64,000 bases of DNA from Octopus vulgaris (taxonomy: Eukaryota). Positions 51,581-64,000 of this stretch are shown here, in pieces. Where the stretch lies: positions 40,610,001-40,674,000 of the forward strand of contig OX597824.1 of NCBI GenBank assembly GCA_951406725.2, read 5' to 3'. Made by a program: the position numbers and the translations under genes. The notes under the pieces were generated by a model that saw only the letters and a program-made list of their open reading frames with translations, was not told the origin of the DNA and ran no database searches. Position 1 is the stretch's first letter; each line of letters begins with the position of its first letter.

Positions 51581-51991
51581 GGATCTTTTCGGTTTGAATG
51601 GCAGTTTTTTCTAGCGGTGTCATATGAAATTGTCACCCATAATTATGACCCTAGTATCGATCTATTGCATTTCAATCTGTTTTAGGGTTAGGGGTGGGGA
51701 GAAGGGTATCTTTTTTTCTTCACAAATGTAAATAAACCCAATCTGTTTCTTAAACGAGGGACATATTCATATGGCACAGAATGTTTTTTACCTCAAAAGA
51801 TGTCACTGATTGGTTGAAATTGCAGAAATTGAAGAAAAAAAACAACAAATATCTTACAAACTATAGAATTTTCTCAATAAAGCCAAGAGAAAAAGATATT
51901 TTATAAACACATTCTACCAGTATACAAAGTTTAAAATTTTTTAGTTACCTAGAAATTATGTTAAAAACTGCCGTTCAAACCGAAAAGATCC
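51581..51991. mobile_element. MITE with ~28-bp TIRs and 8-bp TSD
   Basis: TIR GGATCTTTTCGGTTTGAA(T/C)GGCAGTTTTT at both ends; TSD AACAAATG at 51573-51580 and 51992-51999. Confidence 0.85.
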
Positions 51992-52069
51992 AACAAATGA
52001 AAGATATTTGGAAAAGTTGAGCCATCAAAGATCAGCATCAACCTAAAAGAGAAAACTTGTGGTACTTAC

Positions 52070-52254
52070 CGTTGGAGCATTTACTGTGGGGTGCAGGACT
52101 TGGGTGGATGGAGCAGCAACAGTAGAAGTGGTGTGTACTTGATTATGAACGAGTGTGTTTGCATTGGGAACTGTGATGGTTGCCGTGGCAACTTGTGGTG
52201 ATGACTGAACAGCTTGTTGTGGAATGTTAGTTACTGTGATATAATGATTATTAG
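52070..52254 (-). CDS. GTF2A1: GTF2A1 coding exon (low-complexity linker)
   Basis: (A)NNHYITVTNIPQQAVQSSPQVAT...NAPT; canonical splice sites, phases match the neighbours. Confidence 0.8.
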
Positions 52255-52996
52255 CTGCCACAGAAAAAAAAAAAAGAGAAAATTAGAACGAAATTAGCAA
52301 CAAAAAGAAAAAAAAACAACTTTTTTTCTCAAGACATTCTAATGCATTTTATCATCATTTAACATCAACTTTCCCATGCTTGTATGAGTGAGACTGAACT
52401 CATTGAGGCAGTTTTCTATATGCAGATGCCCTTCTTGTTGGCAGCTTACACCTGATTCCAAGCAAGCCAATATTTTCCCTTGATATTTTTCATATTAAAC
52501 TGTAAATTAACAATATCACTTATATGACAGTGATGCTCATTTACAATCATAATGTGATGAAAAGACAAGAGTACACACATATACATACTCTCTCATACAC
52601 ACACAGGTCTTCCAGTTTCCAGCTACCAAATCTACTCTCAAGACAGTTACCTACAGTGCCATGCAGTGGAATGGAACCACAGACTACACGGTTGGCAAGC
52701 AAGCTTCTCAACCAAGAAGTCATTCGACTAATTGACAAAGATTCACGTTTGAAAAAGACTTCAACCCCCAAGCTCACAGTGATGTGTCCCCTCTGTGCAC
52801 CTTCTCCCACTACGACTGCAGCCCCTGCTCTCCTCAAACAACTAATTATATAACTGATCCTTCCTCTCAGACATAACTGTATCCTCAACCCCTTTCTATG
52901 TCACCATCCCCCAGATCCAAAATCCTAAACACTTTTCCATCAGTGGTTCTTAACTGGGGTCTATATGATCCCTGGGAGTCAATGCAAGCAAAACAG

Positions 52997-55731
52997 TGTT
53001 GTAGGGAATTAGTAATAATGGTACACCACTCCCACATGACTAATGGAATAACCTAGTCACTATAAGTAAAGAGAAGTACGTGAAGTACATGAGTACATAG
53101 TAGGCAGTCAGAGATAATCATATCTTTACTAGTTTTACGAAGTATACTGTATACCATAGTGCATGTTATAACAATCCAACATTATAAGAACATAACAGTG
53201 GCAACAAGGAGTTAAACTCACAAAAGTCTTGGTTGTGTAAATTTTATTTTTAAAAATGGTAAAATTATGGAAAATTTGTTGGCCAGTTTGCTGAAATTGC
53301 AAAAACAGCAACACGAGCAACTCAAAGAACAATAACAGCAGCAGCTACAACTGCAACAACAACAATTATTAAAGCAACAAATGCTGCAATTAATGAAGTT
53401 GTCAAAAATTTTCAGAAAAAGTGTTCTCACCAGACTGTCACAAACTCCATAACAGAGTTCAAATACAAACCAGATGAAAGAGTTATCTTTGAAGCATTCT
53501 ACATAAGATATAAGCAAATCTTCAAGAAAGAATGTAAAGAGTGGGACAAGATGAAAATGTGCTTAATCTTGAGAAAACTGGCAGCAACAGAACATGATCA
53601 ATACAGTAATTATGTACTCACAAGAAAACCTTCGGACATAAACTTTAATGACACAATGTATATTGTGTAAAATTTTCAGTGATAAAAGCTCATTGTGCAA
53701 CACGTTTGAAGTGTCTGAAACGACAATAACTACTTCACATATACTTGTAGTGTAAATAGGGAATGCAAGTAGTTTAAGCTGTACAAATTAACACCAGATA
53801 AGTTCAAATGCCTGATTTTTACACAGGGACTTACTGCCGAAAAGGATGCAGAAGTTAGAACTAGAATTCTTGCAAAGCTGGAACAAAACCAGAATGTAAG
53901 CCTAAAGCAAGTCTCAGAAGAATGTGAAAGGATAGTCAAATTAAGACATGACACAGAGGAAATTGAATGTAAAGATTGTTTCCAAGTAAAACAAGTGTGA
54001 TATAGTCAGAACAGAGATAAAGTGCTTTTTAAAAAAAAAAAAAACAAAAGTCAAGAAATAAACCCATGTTTTGCATGTGGAGGTATACACCTGAGGAAAA
54101 ATTGTCCATTTAAAAAAGCAGAATGCTTTCATTGAGGTAATATCGGACATATAAAGAGACACTGTAGAACAAAAATGACAAAACATCAGAACAAAGAAAG
54201 AGAATAAATAGTATGTCATTGGAAGAAATCAGTAATATAACAATGAGGAAATTTGTGAATGTGAAAATCAGAAATACAAGTGTTAAAAGGAAATTAGACA
54301 CTGGAAGTGTTATCACCATTATAAACGAAAAAATTTGGAAATATATTGGTAAGCCAAAATTAAATCTAAAAAAAGTAGCACATGGTATTACAGGGAAAAA
54401 AAATTATATTTTTCAGCGAATTTGTATGTAATGTGACATTTTGAGGTCAAACAAAAAAGGCAAAGATATATGTATTAAAAGATTCACTTGAACTTGAATA
54501 GTTCCATGGAACTATTCAAATTGTGGAATACACCAAAAAGTGTTTTGAGTGGAAATATGGCTGGTTCAGCTGAAGGTAAGCCAAAACGAAATGAAAAATT
54601 GCCCACAATAAAAAGTGAAAATTGTTCAAGAGTAGATGTTCTGCGGTGAAGACTACACATTGAGGTCGCTGGTCCTTAAAATGGTTCTTTCTTGAAATGG
54701 CCAGAAATTTCTAAGTGTAAAAAACCAACCTCCTCAACTGTGATGAATTTTTTTACATGAAATGTTTGCAAGATTTGGCATCCCAGACAAGATAGAGTCT
54801 GACAATGAAACAATTTGTGTCTAGCAAATTAAAAATCTTTTTTAAAACGTTTGCAGTAGAATATGTAACTACTGTGCCATACCATCCCAGATCTAATAGA
54901 CAGGCAGAATGCTTTGTCGATACCTTTAAAAGAGCCCATAGAAAATCAAACAAGGAAGTCATGGATAAGGTAGCTCTACAACAATTTTTAGGAGTGTACT
55001 GTGACACCAAATCCAAATAAAGCAGCAGAGGTGATGTTTGCAAAGAAAGTAAAATCAGTCACTGATAAATTGCTACCTAGCAAGAAAAGAATAAGTGCCA
55101 GGGAAGACATAGCAAGATTCATTAAAGTTGATGAAAAGGTATATATGAGGGCATACAAGAATGGAAAGCAGAGTTGGGAAGACGGCGTAATTACCAAATG
55201 CATAGGTAAAATGATGCATTGGGTAAAAAGTAGAAAAGGCATACAAAAGAGACACAGGAACCAACTGAAAAAGAAATTCATGGAAAACGAACAAAAGAAG
55301 TTGGAGGAACCAATGGAAAAATTGTACGATACAGTCCAAGGACCAATGCCACTACAGATGCTTCAACCCAGGTCTACAAGGGAGAGAAAAAGAAAACCTA
55401 CAGAGTTCCTGAAAATAGATGCCAAGTACAAAAAATATTAAATGGTATGAAAAAAAAAGAAAACTCAGAGGTGGAAGTGAATAAAAAAAAATATTGCTAA
55501 ATAAAATGACGCTTCCTAAGAAAAACTTAAAAGGGGAGATGTTGTAGGGAATTAGTAATAATGGTACACCCCCTCCCACATGAAGACTGGAATAACCTAG
55601 TAATTATAAGTAAAGAGAAGTACATGAAGTACTGGAGTATGTCAGAAATAGTTGGGTCTTTACTGGTTTTACAAAGTATACTCTATACCGAAGTGGGTGT
55701 TATAAAAATCCAACATAATAAAGATATAACA
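52997..55731 (+). mobile_element. Decayed, internally deleted Ty3/Gypsy (Mag-like) LTR retrotransposon in a GTF2A1 intron
   Basis: LTRs TGTTGTAGGG...ATAACA at 52997-53197 and 55540-55731; PBS-like TGGCAACAAGGA at 53199; PPT AAAAGGGGAGA; TSD AACAG/AATAG; gag Zn-knuckle CFACGGIH, protease LDTGS, integrase TTVPYHPRSNRQAE; no recognisable RT. Confidence 0.88.
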
Positions 55732-56356
55732 AATAGTAAATTAGGGATCCACAGTAGTATTTTAAGGGTCTATGAAAAATTTTGCTTTAGATGTATTTAT
55801 TACAAGAAACAACTAGATTTTTATCTCTAACATTTTACATAGTTCAACATAGACAGGTTAATGTGTAAAAAACAAAATAGAAATTTTGAAAGAAGTATCT
55901 ATAAAACTAATTTTTAAATACTAAATGGTTATGGGGTCCTCTTCCTCACCAGAACTGTATCACCTAAATGACCGAAATAAATACATAATCAATCAATCAA
56001 TCATTTCTTTTAACGTCAACTTTTCCATGCTAATATAGGTCAAACCAGTCTTTATTGAAGCCATAGCAGAAAACATAAAAAAACCTTATTTAAAATGAGC
56101 TTTCCAATATAAAAATACGGTATTTGACAGTTATACAAACACTTCTATATACATATCTAAGCACAAATCCTATAAATTATTGATGAGAAATGCATGTTCC
56201 AGCCTTTGTTCATATGCACATTTATATTTGTGAGTGTGTTGAGTGTATGCATACATGCATATGTGTGTGTATACAAATGAGTATGCATCCATGCAACAGT
56301 GTTTAGGAATGATTGTGTGTGTGTATGTATGCTGACAAAAATATCAAAGTTCTTAC

Positions 56357-56444
56357 CAGATGGTTGCAGAGAAATACCTGCAGCTAATTGTTGCTGGAAC
56401 AATCCAGTTGTGAGAGCCATAGCAGCTGTCTGAGCAGGAGTACT
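56357..56444 (-). CDS. GTF2A1: GTF2A1 coding exon (linker)
   Basis: STPAQTAAMALTTGLFQQQLAAGISLQPS; AG/GTAAG, phase 0/1. Confidence 0.78.
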
Positions 56445-56809
56445 CTACAATACATAATAATAATAATAATAATAACAACAATCATCATCATTTAGTGTCT
56501 GTTTTCTATGCTGGCATGGGTTAGATGGTTTGATTGGAGATGGTAAGCTAGAGAGTTGTACCAAGCTCCAAGTCTGATTTTGGGTTAATTTCTACAGCTG
56601 GATGCCCTTCCTAATGCTCAACCACTCTTTAGAGTGTAGTGAGTGCCTTTTAAATGCCACTGGCACTGTCCACAACTATGGTTTCACTTGGCCTGACGAG
56701 TCTTCTTAAGCATGGCAAACCGCCAAAGGTTTCAATCATTTGTCATCACCTCCATAAGACCCAACATCTGAAGATCATGCTTCACCACCTTGTGCCATGT
56801 ACTCCAAAC

Positions 56810-59375
56810 AATAACAACAGTGGTTTCAAATTTTGGCACAAGACCAGCAAGTTCAAGGGAAAGGCTAAGTCATTTACATTGACCCCTAGTGCTCAACTGG
56901 TGCTTATTTTATCAACCTCAAAAGGATGAAAGGTAAAGGTGACCTCGATGGACTTGAACTCAGAACATAAGGACAGATGAAATGCTGCTAAGCATTTTAC
57001 CTGGCATGCTAACAGTTTTGCCAGCTTGAAATCTTAATAATAAAATAATAATTCTTTCTTATTTTAGCACATGCCCAGCAATTTTTGAGGGATGGAGAAG
57101 TCAATTACATCGACACTTGCGCTCATCTGATGCTTATTTCATTGGCGTTAAAAAGGATGAAAGGTAAAGTTGACTTGAGCAGAATTTGAATTCAGAACAT
57201 AAAAATGAATGAATACCACTAAACATTTTGTCAGACACGCTAATTACTCTACCAGCTTTCCAACACTAATAATAATAATAATAAATGTGGCAGTGCCAGG
57301 AGATCAACATGTTATCATGAAAGAGAAAAGATTGATAAATTTGGAAATCACCAAGATGTGGCAGCTACATGAGTCAAATATAAAGGTTGTCCCTATTGAC
57401 ATCAGAGCATTGGGTTCAATACCACCCAACCTGAAGAAACATCTGGAAACTTTAAAAATACCCTACAATTTAGGTGTACTGCAAAACTCAACATTACTTG
57501 TAACTGCACACACATTGCGTAAAGTACTGTCTGAGGTCCTTGTTGTGACTTGACAGACAGTGCAAACCCCCAGTAGACACAATATCTTTAATTAACAACA
57601 TCACAATATTGGATACTATGTGACATTTTAAATAATAATAATAAGGGTTGCAAATTTTGGCACAAGGCCAGCAATTTCAGGGAAGAGGCTAAGTTGATTA
57701 CATCGACCCTACTCAACTGGTACTTATTTTATTGCCCCTGAAAGGATGAAAGGCAAAGTTGACCTTGGTAGAATTTGAACTAGGAACAAGGCCTGAAATT
57801 TTGTTGGGTGGAGAAAGTTGATCACATCAACCCCAGTACTTGACTGGTACTTAATTTATTGACCCCAAAAGAATCAAAGGCAAAGTCAACCTCGTCAGAA
57901 TTTGAACTCAGAACAAAGATGGATGAAATGCTGCTAATCATTTTGCCAAGCTTGCTAATGATCTGTCAGCACATCCCCTTAATAATAATAACAATCCTTT
58001 CTACTAGAGGCACAAGGCCTGGAATTTTGGGGAAGCGGGATAGTCGATTACATCAACCCAGTACTTAGATGGTGTTTATTTTATTGACCCCAAAAGGATT
58101 AAAGGCAAAGTTGACCTCAGCAGAATTTGAACTCAGAATGTAAATATGGATGAAATACCACTAAGCATTTTGCCCAAAATGTGCTAACAATTCTACCAGC
58201 TCACTGTATCATCATCATCATCACCGTTTAATGTCCACCATCCATGCTGGCATAGATGGGATGGTTTGACAGAAGCTGGCCAGGCAAAAGCCAGCACCAG
58301 ACTTCTGTGACTGTTTTGGCAGGATTTTTACAGCTGGGTGCCCTTCCTAGCACCAACTACTCAGCAGAGTGGACTGGTCTTAATAATAATGATGATGATT
58401 TCAAATTTTGGCACAAGGCCAGAAATTTTGGGGCAGTGGGTAAATTGATTATATTGACCTCAGTGCTCAACTGGCACTTATTTTATCAACTCTGAAAGGA
58501 TGAAAAGTTAAGTCAATTTTAGTATAATTCGAATGCAGAACATGAAGATGGATGAAATATTGTCAAGCATTTTGCCCGGTGTGCTAACAAATCTGCCAGC
58601 TCACCACCTTCTGAACATTTCTTTCAGCATGTCAATGATTCTGCCAGCTCACTGCCTTATATGATTTCTGGTTTAGGTGCAAGGTTAGATACTCTGAGGG
58701 AAGGAGGGTAAGTTGATACCCTCGACTCCGATGCCTGGCTGATGCATTATTCTACTTGCCTCAAAAGCCTGGAAACCAAAGTCAACCTCAGTGGGATTTG
58801 AACTTAGAGCATACAGAACTAAGTAAATATTGTAAAGCATTTGTTGCAATTCTTTACATTCTGAATAACATCCATCTCTGTATTATTCTGTACACATTTA
58901 CACACAGTTTGAATATTATCTAAAATAAAGTTAGCTTATCAATAATGCAAGGGGGTTGTTGACACAGTGGACAGGGCAACTGACAACCAAATACTGGTAC
59001 AAATCTTATTTCTAAACAATACTGTCTAAACTCAGAGCACTGAACACAGTCCACATAGCTGTAAATAGATACAACTGACATGCCATCCTCCAGTAGCAGT
59101 ATCACTTGCCTGGCATGTTAATGGTTCTGTCAGCTTGTCGCTTTACATCACTGTAATATTGGTTTCAAATTTTGGCACAAGGCCAGTAATTCAGGGGAGG
59201 GCACAAGTCAATTACATCAACCCCAATGCTTAACTGGTACTTACTTTATCAACTACAAGGGGATGAAAGGCAAAGTTGACTGTGGCAGAATTTGAACACA
59301 GAACATAAAGATGCAGATAAAATGCCGCTAAACATTCGACCCAGCTTGCTAACACTTCTGCCAACTTGCTGCCTT
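56810..59375 (-). repeat. Dense cluster of same-orientation tRNA-derived SINE copies
   Basis: About 8 repeats of TTTTGGCACAAGGCC...ACTGGTACTTATTTTAT...GGATGAAAGGCAAAGT..ACCT..GAATTTGAACTCAGAAC separated by (AAT)n/(GAT)n tails. Confidence 0.8.
57284..57630 (+). mobile_element. 3' fragment of an RLE-type (R4/Dong-like) non-LTR retrotransposon within (TAA)n
   Basis: VAVPGD..KEK...LEITKMW...KVVPI...ALGSIP...L...LQ...LL.TAH.LRKVL, the restriction-like endonuclease C-terminus; (AAT)n on both sides. Confidence 0.65.
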
Positions 59376-59636
59376 AATAACTCTGTAATACTGACAAGTT
59401 GCTTGTTATCTAGCTGTACCAAGTTCAAATTCTGTGAGCCTGGAGGAGACAGAGAGACATTTTGGTGTAACCCTCACTGAAATCACAACATTACTCATGG
59501 AGGAGCACATGTTATGAGTTGGGATACATTTTGAGTAGTATACATTATAAGGTGGGTTACACAATGCTGCTGAGTGTATAACTATAACTGTAAAGCAAAC
59601 ACAAAATAAAGCAAAGAAAAAAAGAAAAAGACCTAC

Positions 59637-59698
59637 CAATTCTGGACGAGATATTTGAATTGGGACTGATATTGCTTGAGTTAACTGATTTGACATTA
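59637..59698 (-). CDS. GTF2A1: GTF2A1 probable coding exon (linker); upstream exons lie outside the window
   Basis: TTGCAG acceptor, MSNQLTQAISVPIQISRPEL, GTAGGT donor, phase-compatible with the next exon. Confidence 0.6.
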
Positions 59699-62600
59699 CT
59701 GCAATGACAAAAATATTTAAAATCATTTTGTTGTAGGTTTGATTACATAACTATTTATTGCATAACCAAAGTAAATTAATGATTTGAGAGGGTAAAAAAT
59801 GACAATTGGTACTTTAAATCATGACCATTCATATTCCATCACACACACATACATATCTTCATTTTTTTCAATATCCACTTCTCCATGCTTGCATGGGTTG
59901 GATGAGTTTATTGAGGCAGATTTTTTTTAAGGCCAGATACTTTTCCTGTCACCAATTCTCACCCATTTTCAAACAAGTTAATATTTCCCATGGCCAGACA
60001 TTTTTGCAGAATACTGGAAATGAACAACACCTTTATGACAAGGACGTTCATTTACAACTATAACACTATGTCAAGACAGGAAGACACCAGCACACACATG
60101 ATGGATTTCTTTCAATTTCCATCTACCAAATCTACTCAAAAGGCTTTCCTCAGCCTTGGACTATAACAGAAGACACTTGTTCAAGGTTCATGTAATGGGC
60201 AACTAAACCCAAAACCATGAGGTTGGGGAGTAAATTTCCCATTCACCATGCTTGCACCTTATATATCAGCAGCAGCCTCTAACAGCCATGTCCCATACTG
60301 GATGGTTTGACAGGATCCGATGAGTCCAAGGACTTGCATTATGTTCCATTGTCTGCTTTGGCAGGGTTTCTATGGCTAGATGCTCTTCCTAACACCAACC
60401 ACTCTTCAGTGTGCACTAGTAAGGTTACACACACACATAATGGTATATATTAAAGATATATCAGTACTTCAATAAACAATGTCATTATATTCTGGCACCA
60501 TTCCCTTTGAAATAGTCCCCTAGAGCATTTTCTGGAACTTAAAGGCACTGCGGAAATCTTTCTGAAGCTCATTTAATAGCCCCTGTGATTCTATATGAAT
60601 TTCATTTGCTTCCACAAACTGCACTCCCTCAGCTTCAATTTCATTTTGTGCTCAAGGCATACTTCAAAATGTCACTCATTATAACTAAATGTCGAGAGCC
60701 AAAGACAGAATTCACAACAAGACTCCCCTAACAGACTTCATGACTTAGTGAACTGATGGATTGTTCAGTCATGGTCCTCGTAGAGGAATTCACAAATTTT
60801 TCCCATATTTTGGGAGGCTTTGTTAGAAACTGGTAATCCTGAACTGACACCTGATCAGCTTAAAATACACGTGCAACTTAAAAGCCTGACAAATTACTTT
60901 CAGGGTTCTGAGCTTCATACAAAATTTGATGTTGGCATGTTAATCAAATTTGTCAGCAACTGGAAAATCAGAGCTGCTGCAACACAATGCTACAAAACCT
61001 TGTGTAATAACTGAACAACTAGATAGCATGAAGTGTATTTATGGGTGACTCTGTAGGTTGGTTATCTATGATCACTGGCTGCATTGTTGTTGAATAGTGC
61101 AATCATAGCATATGTAATCCAGAAACCTTTCAATTACATGATTATATATAAGAGAGGGAAGAGAGAGAGGAGAGCCCTGCTACCGTGTCTTGATTAAGAC
61201 ACGGAAGACCTGCTAGAAACAGCAATCAAATCTCCCACATGTCACACTACAATCTTAAAAATAGGACTGATTAAGTAATGTAGTTCAAGATACAAAATAT
61301 TTGAAAAAGTGGTCAGGGATGAAACACTTTGAATCAGAGGTCTGCTCAATTAAGGCTAACTAACCTTGGGTTACACAACTAATACATGTACATATAGATA
61401 TAGACAGGTAGAGAACAAACATGGCTGAAGTAATGCGTAATGTATTAACCTTATTACCAAATTTCTATTAAATATACACTACCTTCATTTCAATGAATTT
61501 TGAAAATAATGAAAAATTCAATAAAATAAATGACATTGTTAAGCAGCTGTTTGGAACATGATTTAACTCGAAATTTTGATGGACGGTTTTAATTCAAAGC
61601 ACATTAAAAAGGGGAAGTTTGTATTATAAACCAAGCAGTAGTCTCAGGTGGGTTGGTATAAAAAGAATTACAACATGATGAGTAAATTACCCTTACAAGG
61701 CAGAAAAAAAAATTGTCAACAATTTATGGATAACTTTTCCACCTTGTAAGGATAATTTACCAATTATTTCTGCTGTTCTAATGGCAATGTTAAGTTCTTG
61801 TTTGTATTGTACAACCTTAAAAATGTTGCTGGCATTATTATTGCGACCTACCACAGCTCCACACTGATTAAGTAAGGTGCAACAAGTATATATCAATATT
61901 ACAATCAAACAAATCCTCTGCCACCCTACCAACCATGGAATGTCAGTCTCATAATTCATAGTTGTATACTGCTTTTTTAGACTAAAAAAAAATTATTTTG
62001 ATTAAAACAAATGTTAATGGAGACAGTTTGCTTTTTTTAATAACAGAAATCATTATCGTTATCATTTTAATGTCCAAATTTCCATGCTTGCATGGGTTGG
62101 ACATAATTAGGCAGACTTTCAATGACTGGATGCCTTTCCTGTTGCCAACTGTCACTTATTTTCAAGTTAAGTACTATTTCCTCATAGCCAGATAGGTTTC
62201 ACAGAATACTGAAGAAGACAAGTGAAACCATAGTCGTGGTCGTTGCCAGTGTCATGTAAATGGTTGGCATTAGAAAGAGCATCCAGTCAAACCATCTAAC
62301 CCATGCCAGCATGGAAAGTAGACACTAAATGATGATAATGATGATGATCTAATGTCAAGACAAGGAGATACCAACACACACAGATGAGGCCTTTCAGTTT
62401 CTGTCTACCAAATCTACTCACAAGGCTTTGGACAGTTTGGGAGCTATAGGTGATACATGCCCAAGTGTGACAGTGGAGTTGAACCCAAAACCATGTGGTT
62501 GGAAAGCAAACATCTTAAACATACAGCCACTCCTGCACTTGCGTGGTTAATATGACTCAAACTGGTAAGTCAAGCAGCAAATGTGTTCTATTGTTAAATT

Positions 62601-64000
62601 CATTGTTCCTTCAACAGTCTTCAGCAGGATGTATATAATAAAATCATAGCTTTTAATTATATCTTCCATCGACACTAAGTGATATTTCTTAATGCCTGAT
62701 CTGCAGCTTGTAGTTATGGAAACATTCTAGTTCTATTCAGTAATTAAATACAAGATTTATTATTAAATGTCACTACCAGATAACAGATCAAATCTTTCTG
62801 AAGCTCATTTAATAGCCCGTGGTTCTATATGAATTTCATTTGCTTCCACAAACTGCACTCCTTCAGCCTTAATTTCATTTTGAGCTCAAGGCATACTTCA
62901 AAAAGAACTTCACCTGATAACTCATTTTGTAATTATTTAAACCTACGTGAAACATTTCTTTAATAATAATGGACACACAAGCATGACTATGTAGTTATAA
63001 TGTTCACTTCAGAACCATCTGCTTTTAGGTTCAATATCACACAGCATAACGCTTTAGACACATTTTTTCTACAACAACTGCAAATTGACGAAAGTCTTGT
63101 GGACGAAGTTTTGAAGGCAGAAGCTCATCAAAGAATGACCTGTGCCAGTAGCATGTAAAAAGTACCCAGCACACTCCATTAAGTGGTTGGCATTAGGAAG
63201 GGAATCCAGCAGTAGAAACCATGCTACAACAGACAATTGGAGTCTGGACAGCTCCCTGCTAGTCAGCTCCATGTCAAAACAGTCCAACCCATGCCAGCAT
63301 GGAAAGCAGATGTTAAATGATAATGACGATGATGTATTTAGTTAAATAACATAATTGATTAAACTCTTGAAGACAAGAGTCACAGCATGGCTGCAATCCA
63401 AAAAGTGAAACCAATAATAAAAGAATTGCTTTTGAAATATATTGACTTAAGATTAGAGATTTTCCCTGGTGGTTGACTGTTTGACCTTAACTCCATCCTG
63501 CTGGAAAGAATTGCTTAGGAATGAATAATTTAATTTTTCGACCATTTTTTTTCTTCTTTTCAACAAGTTAATGCCAGCATGGAAAACGGATGTTATAGGA
63601 TGATGAAGTCACCATCAAGCTTCAGAATTGCATAGTAAAATACATTACTAATACAATATCAATTCTTAATATTTTTAAGAGGTTCAATAGCTGTGATGTT
63701 TAACCCATTTTGTTACTATATTTCTATTTAAATGCACTGCCTTTGTTTCAATTCATTTTGAAAATAATGAAGAATTCAGTAAATTAGTTTTGTCATGATT
63801 AAGCTACTGTTTGGAACATAAATTAACATGAAATTTTAATGAAAGGTTTTAATTAAGATCAATTTAAAACAAAGTTTGTGTCTCAGGGGCAATCTTAGGT
63901 TGGGGTTAATAGTAAAAGGCTTAAGGTCATTAATTTAATTTAAATCTTAATGCATTCGCTGTGTTGTGTTGCTAGGCAAAGCATATAACTCAATGTACCT

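Noticed and set aside
61693-61990. Candidate upstream GTF2A1 exon
   Set aside because: An acceptor-like tract is present, but no frame resembles the conserved TFIIA N-terminal helices
60555-62905. ~115-bp direct repeat (about 60555-60670 and 62790-62902)
   Set aside because: Appears to be two fragments of a decayed DNA transposon; no LTR hallmarks or RNA motifs

Overview
AT-rich eukaryotic genomic window, most likely an octopus or other coleoid cephalopod (inferred from the SINE/MITE repertoire and TA/CA microsatellites; not verified). It holds three intron-containing housekeeping genes: a complete V-ATPase accessory subunit S1 gene (ATP6AP1/Ac45, minus strand, 9 coding exons, ~430 aa), a complete ribosomal protein RPS23/uS12 gene (plus strand, 4 exons, 143 aa) head-to-head with it across a ~270-bp shared promoter, and the 3' six exons of TFIIA large subunit (GTF2A1, minus strand, 5' end outside the window). 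The main finding is RPS23 intron 3 (24863-40312, 15.4 kb), which carries an array of ~15 box C/D snoRNA copies. These comprise 3 U43/SNORD43-like copies, 4 U43-derived copies with an altered guide (one decayed), 4 copies with a guide matching the 28S site targeted by human SNORD17, and 4 orphan copies. Between them are candidate stop-containing exons, an AG|GT recursive-splice-like site, a long inverted repeat, piggyBac remnants and a young 5'-truncated CR1-type LINE with an uninterrupted RT ORF. Other repeats include a decayed Gypsy LTR element, an R4/Dong-like fragment, a Helitron, MITEs and many SINEs. All assignments come from manual reading and recalled family motifs; no searches were run.
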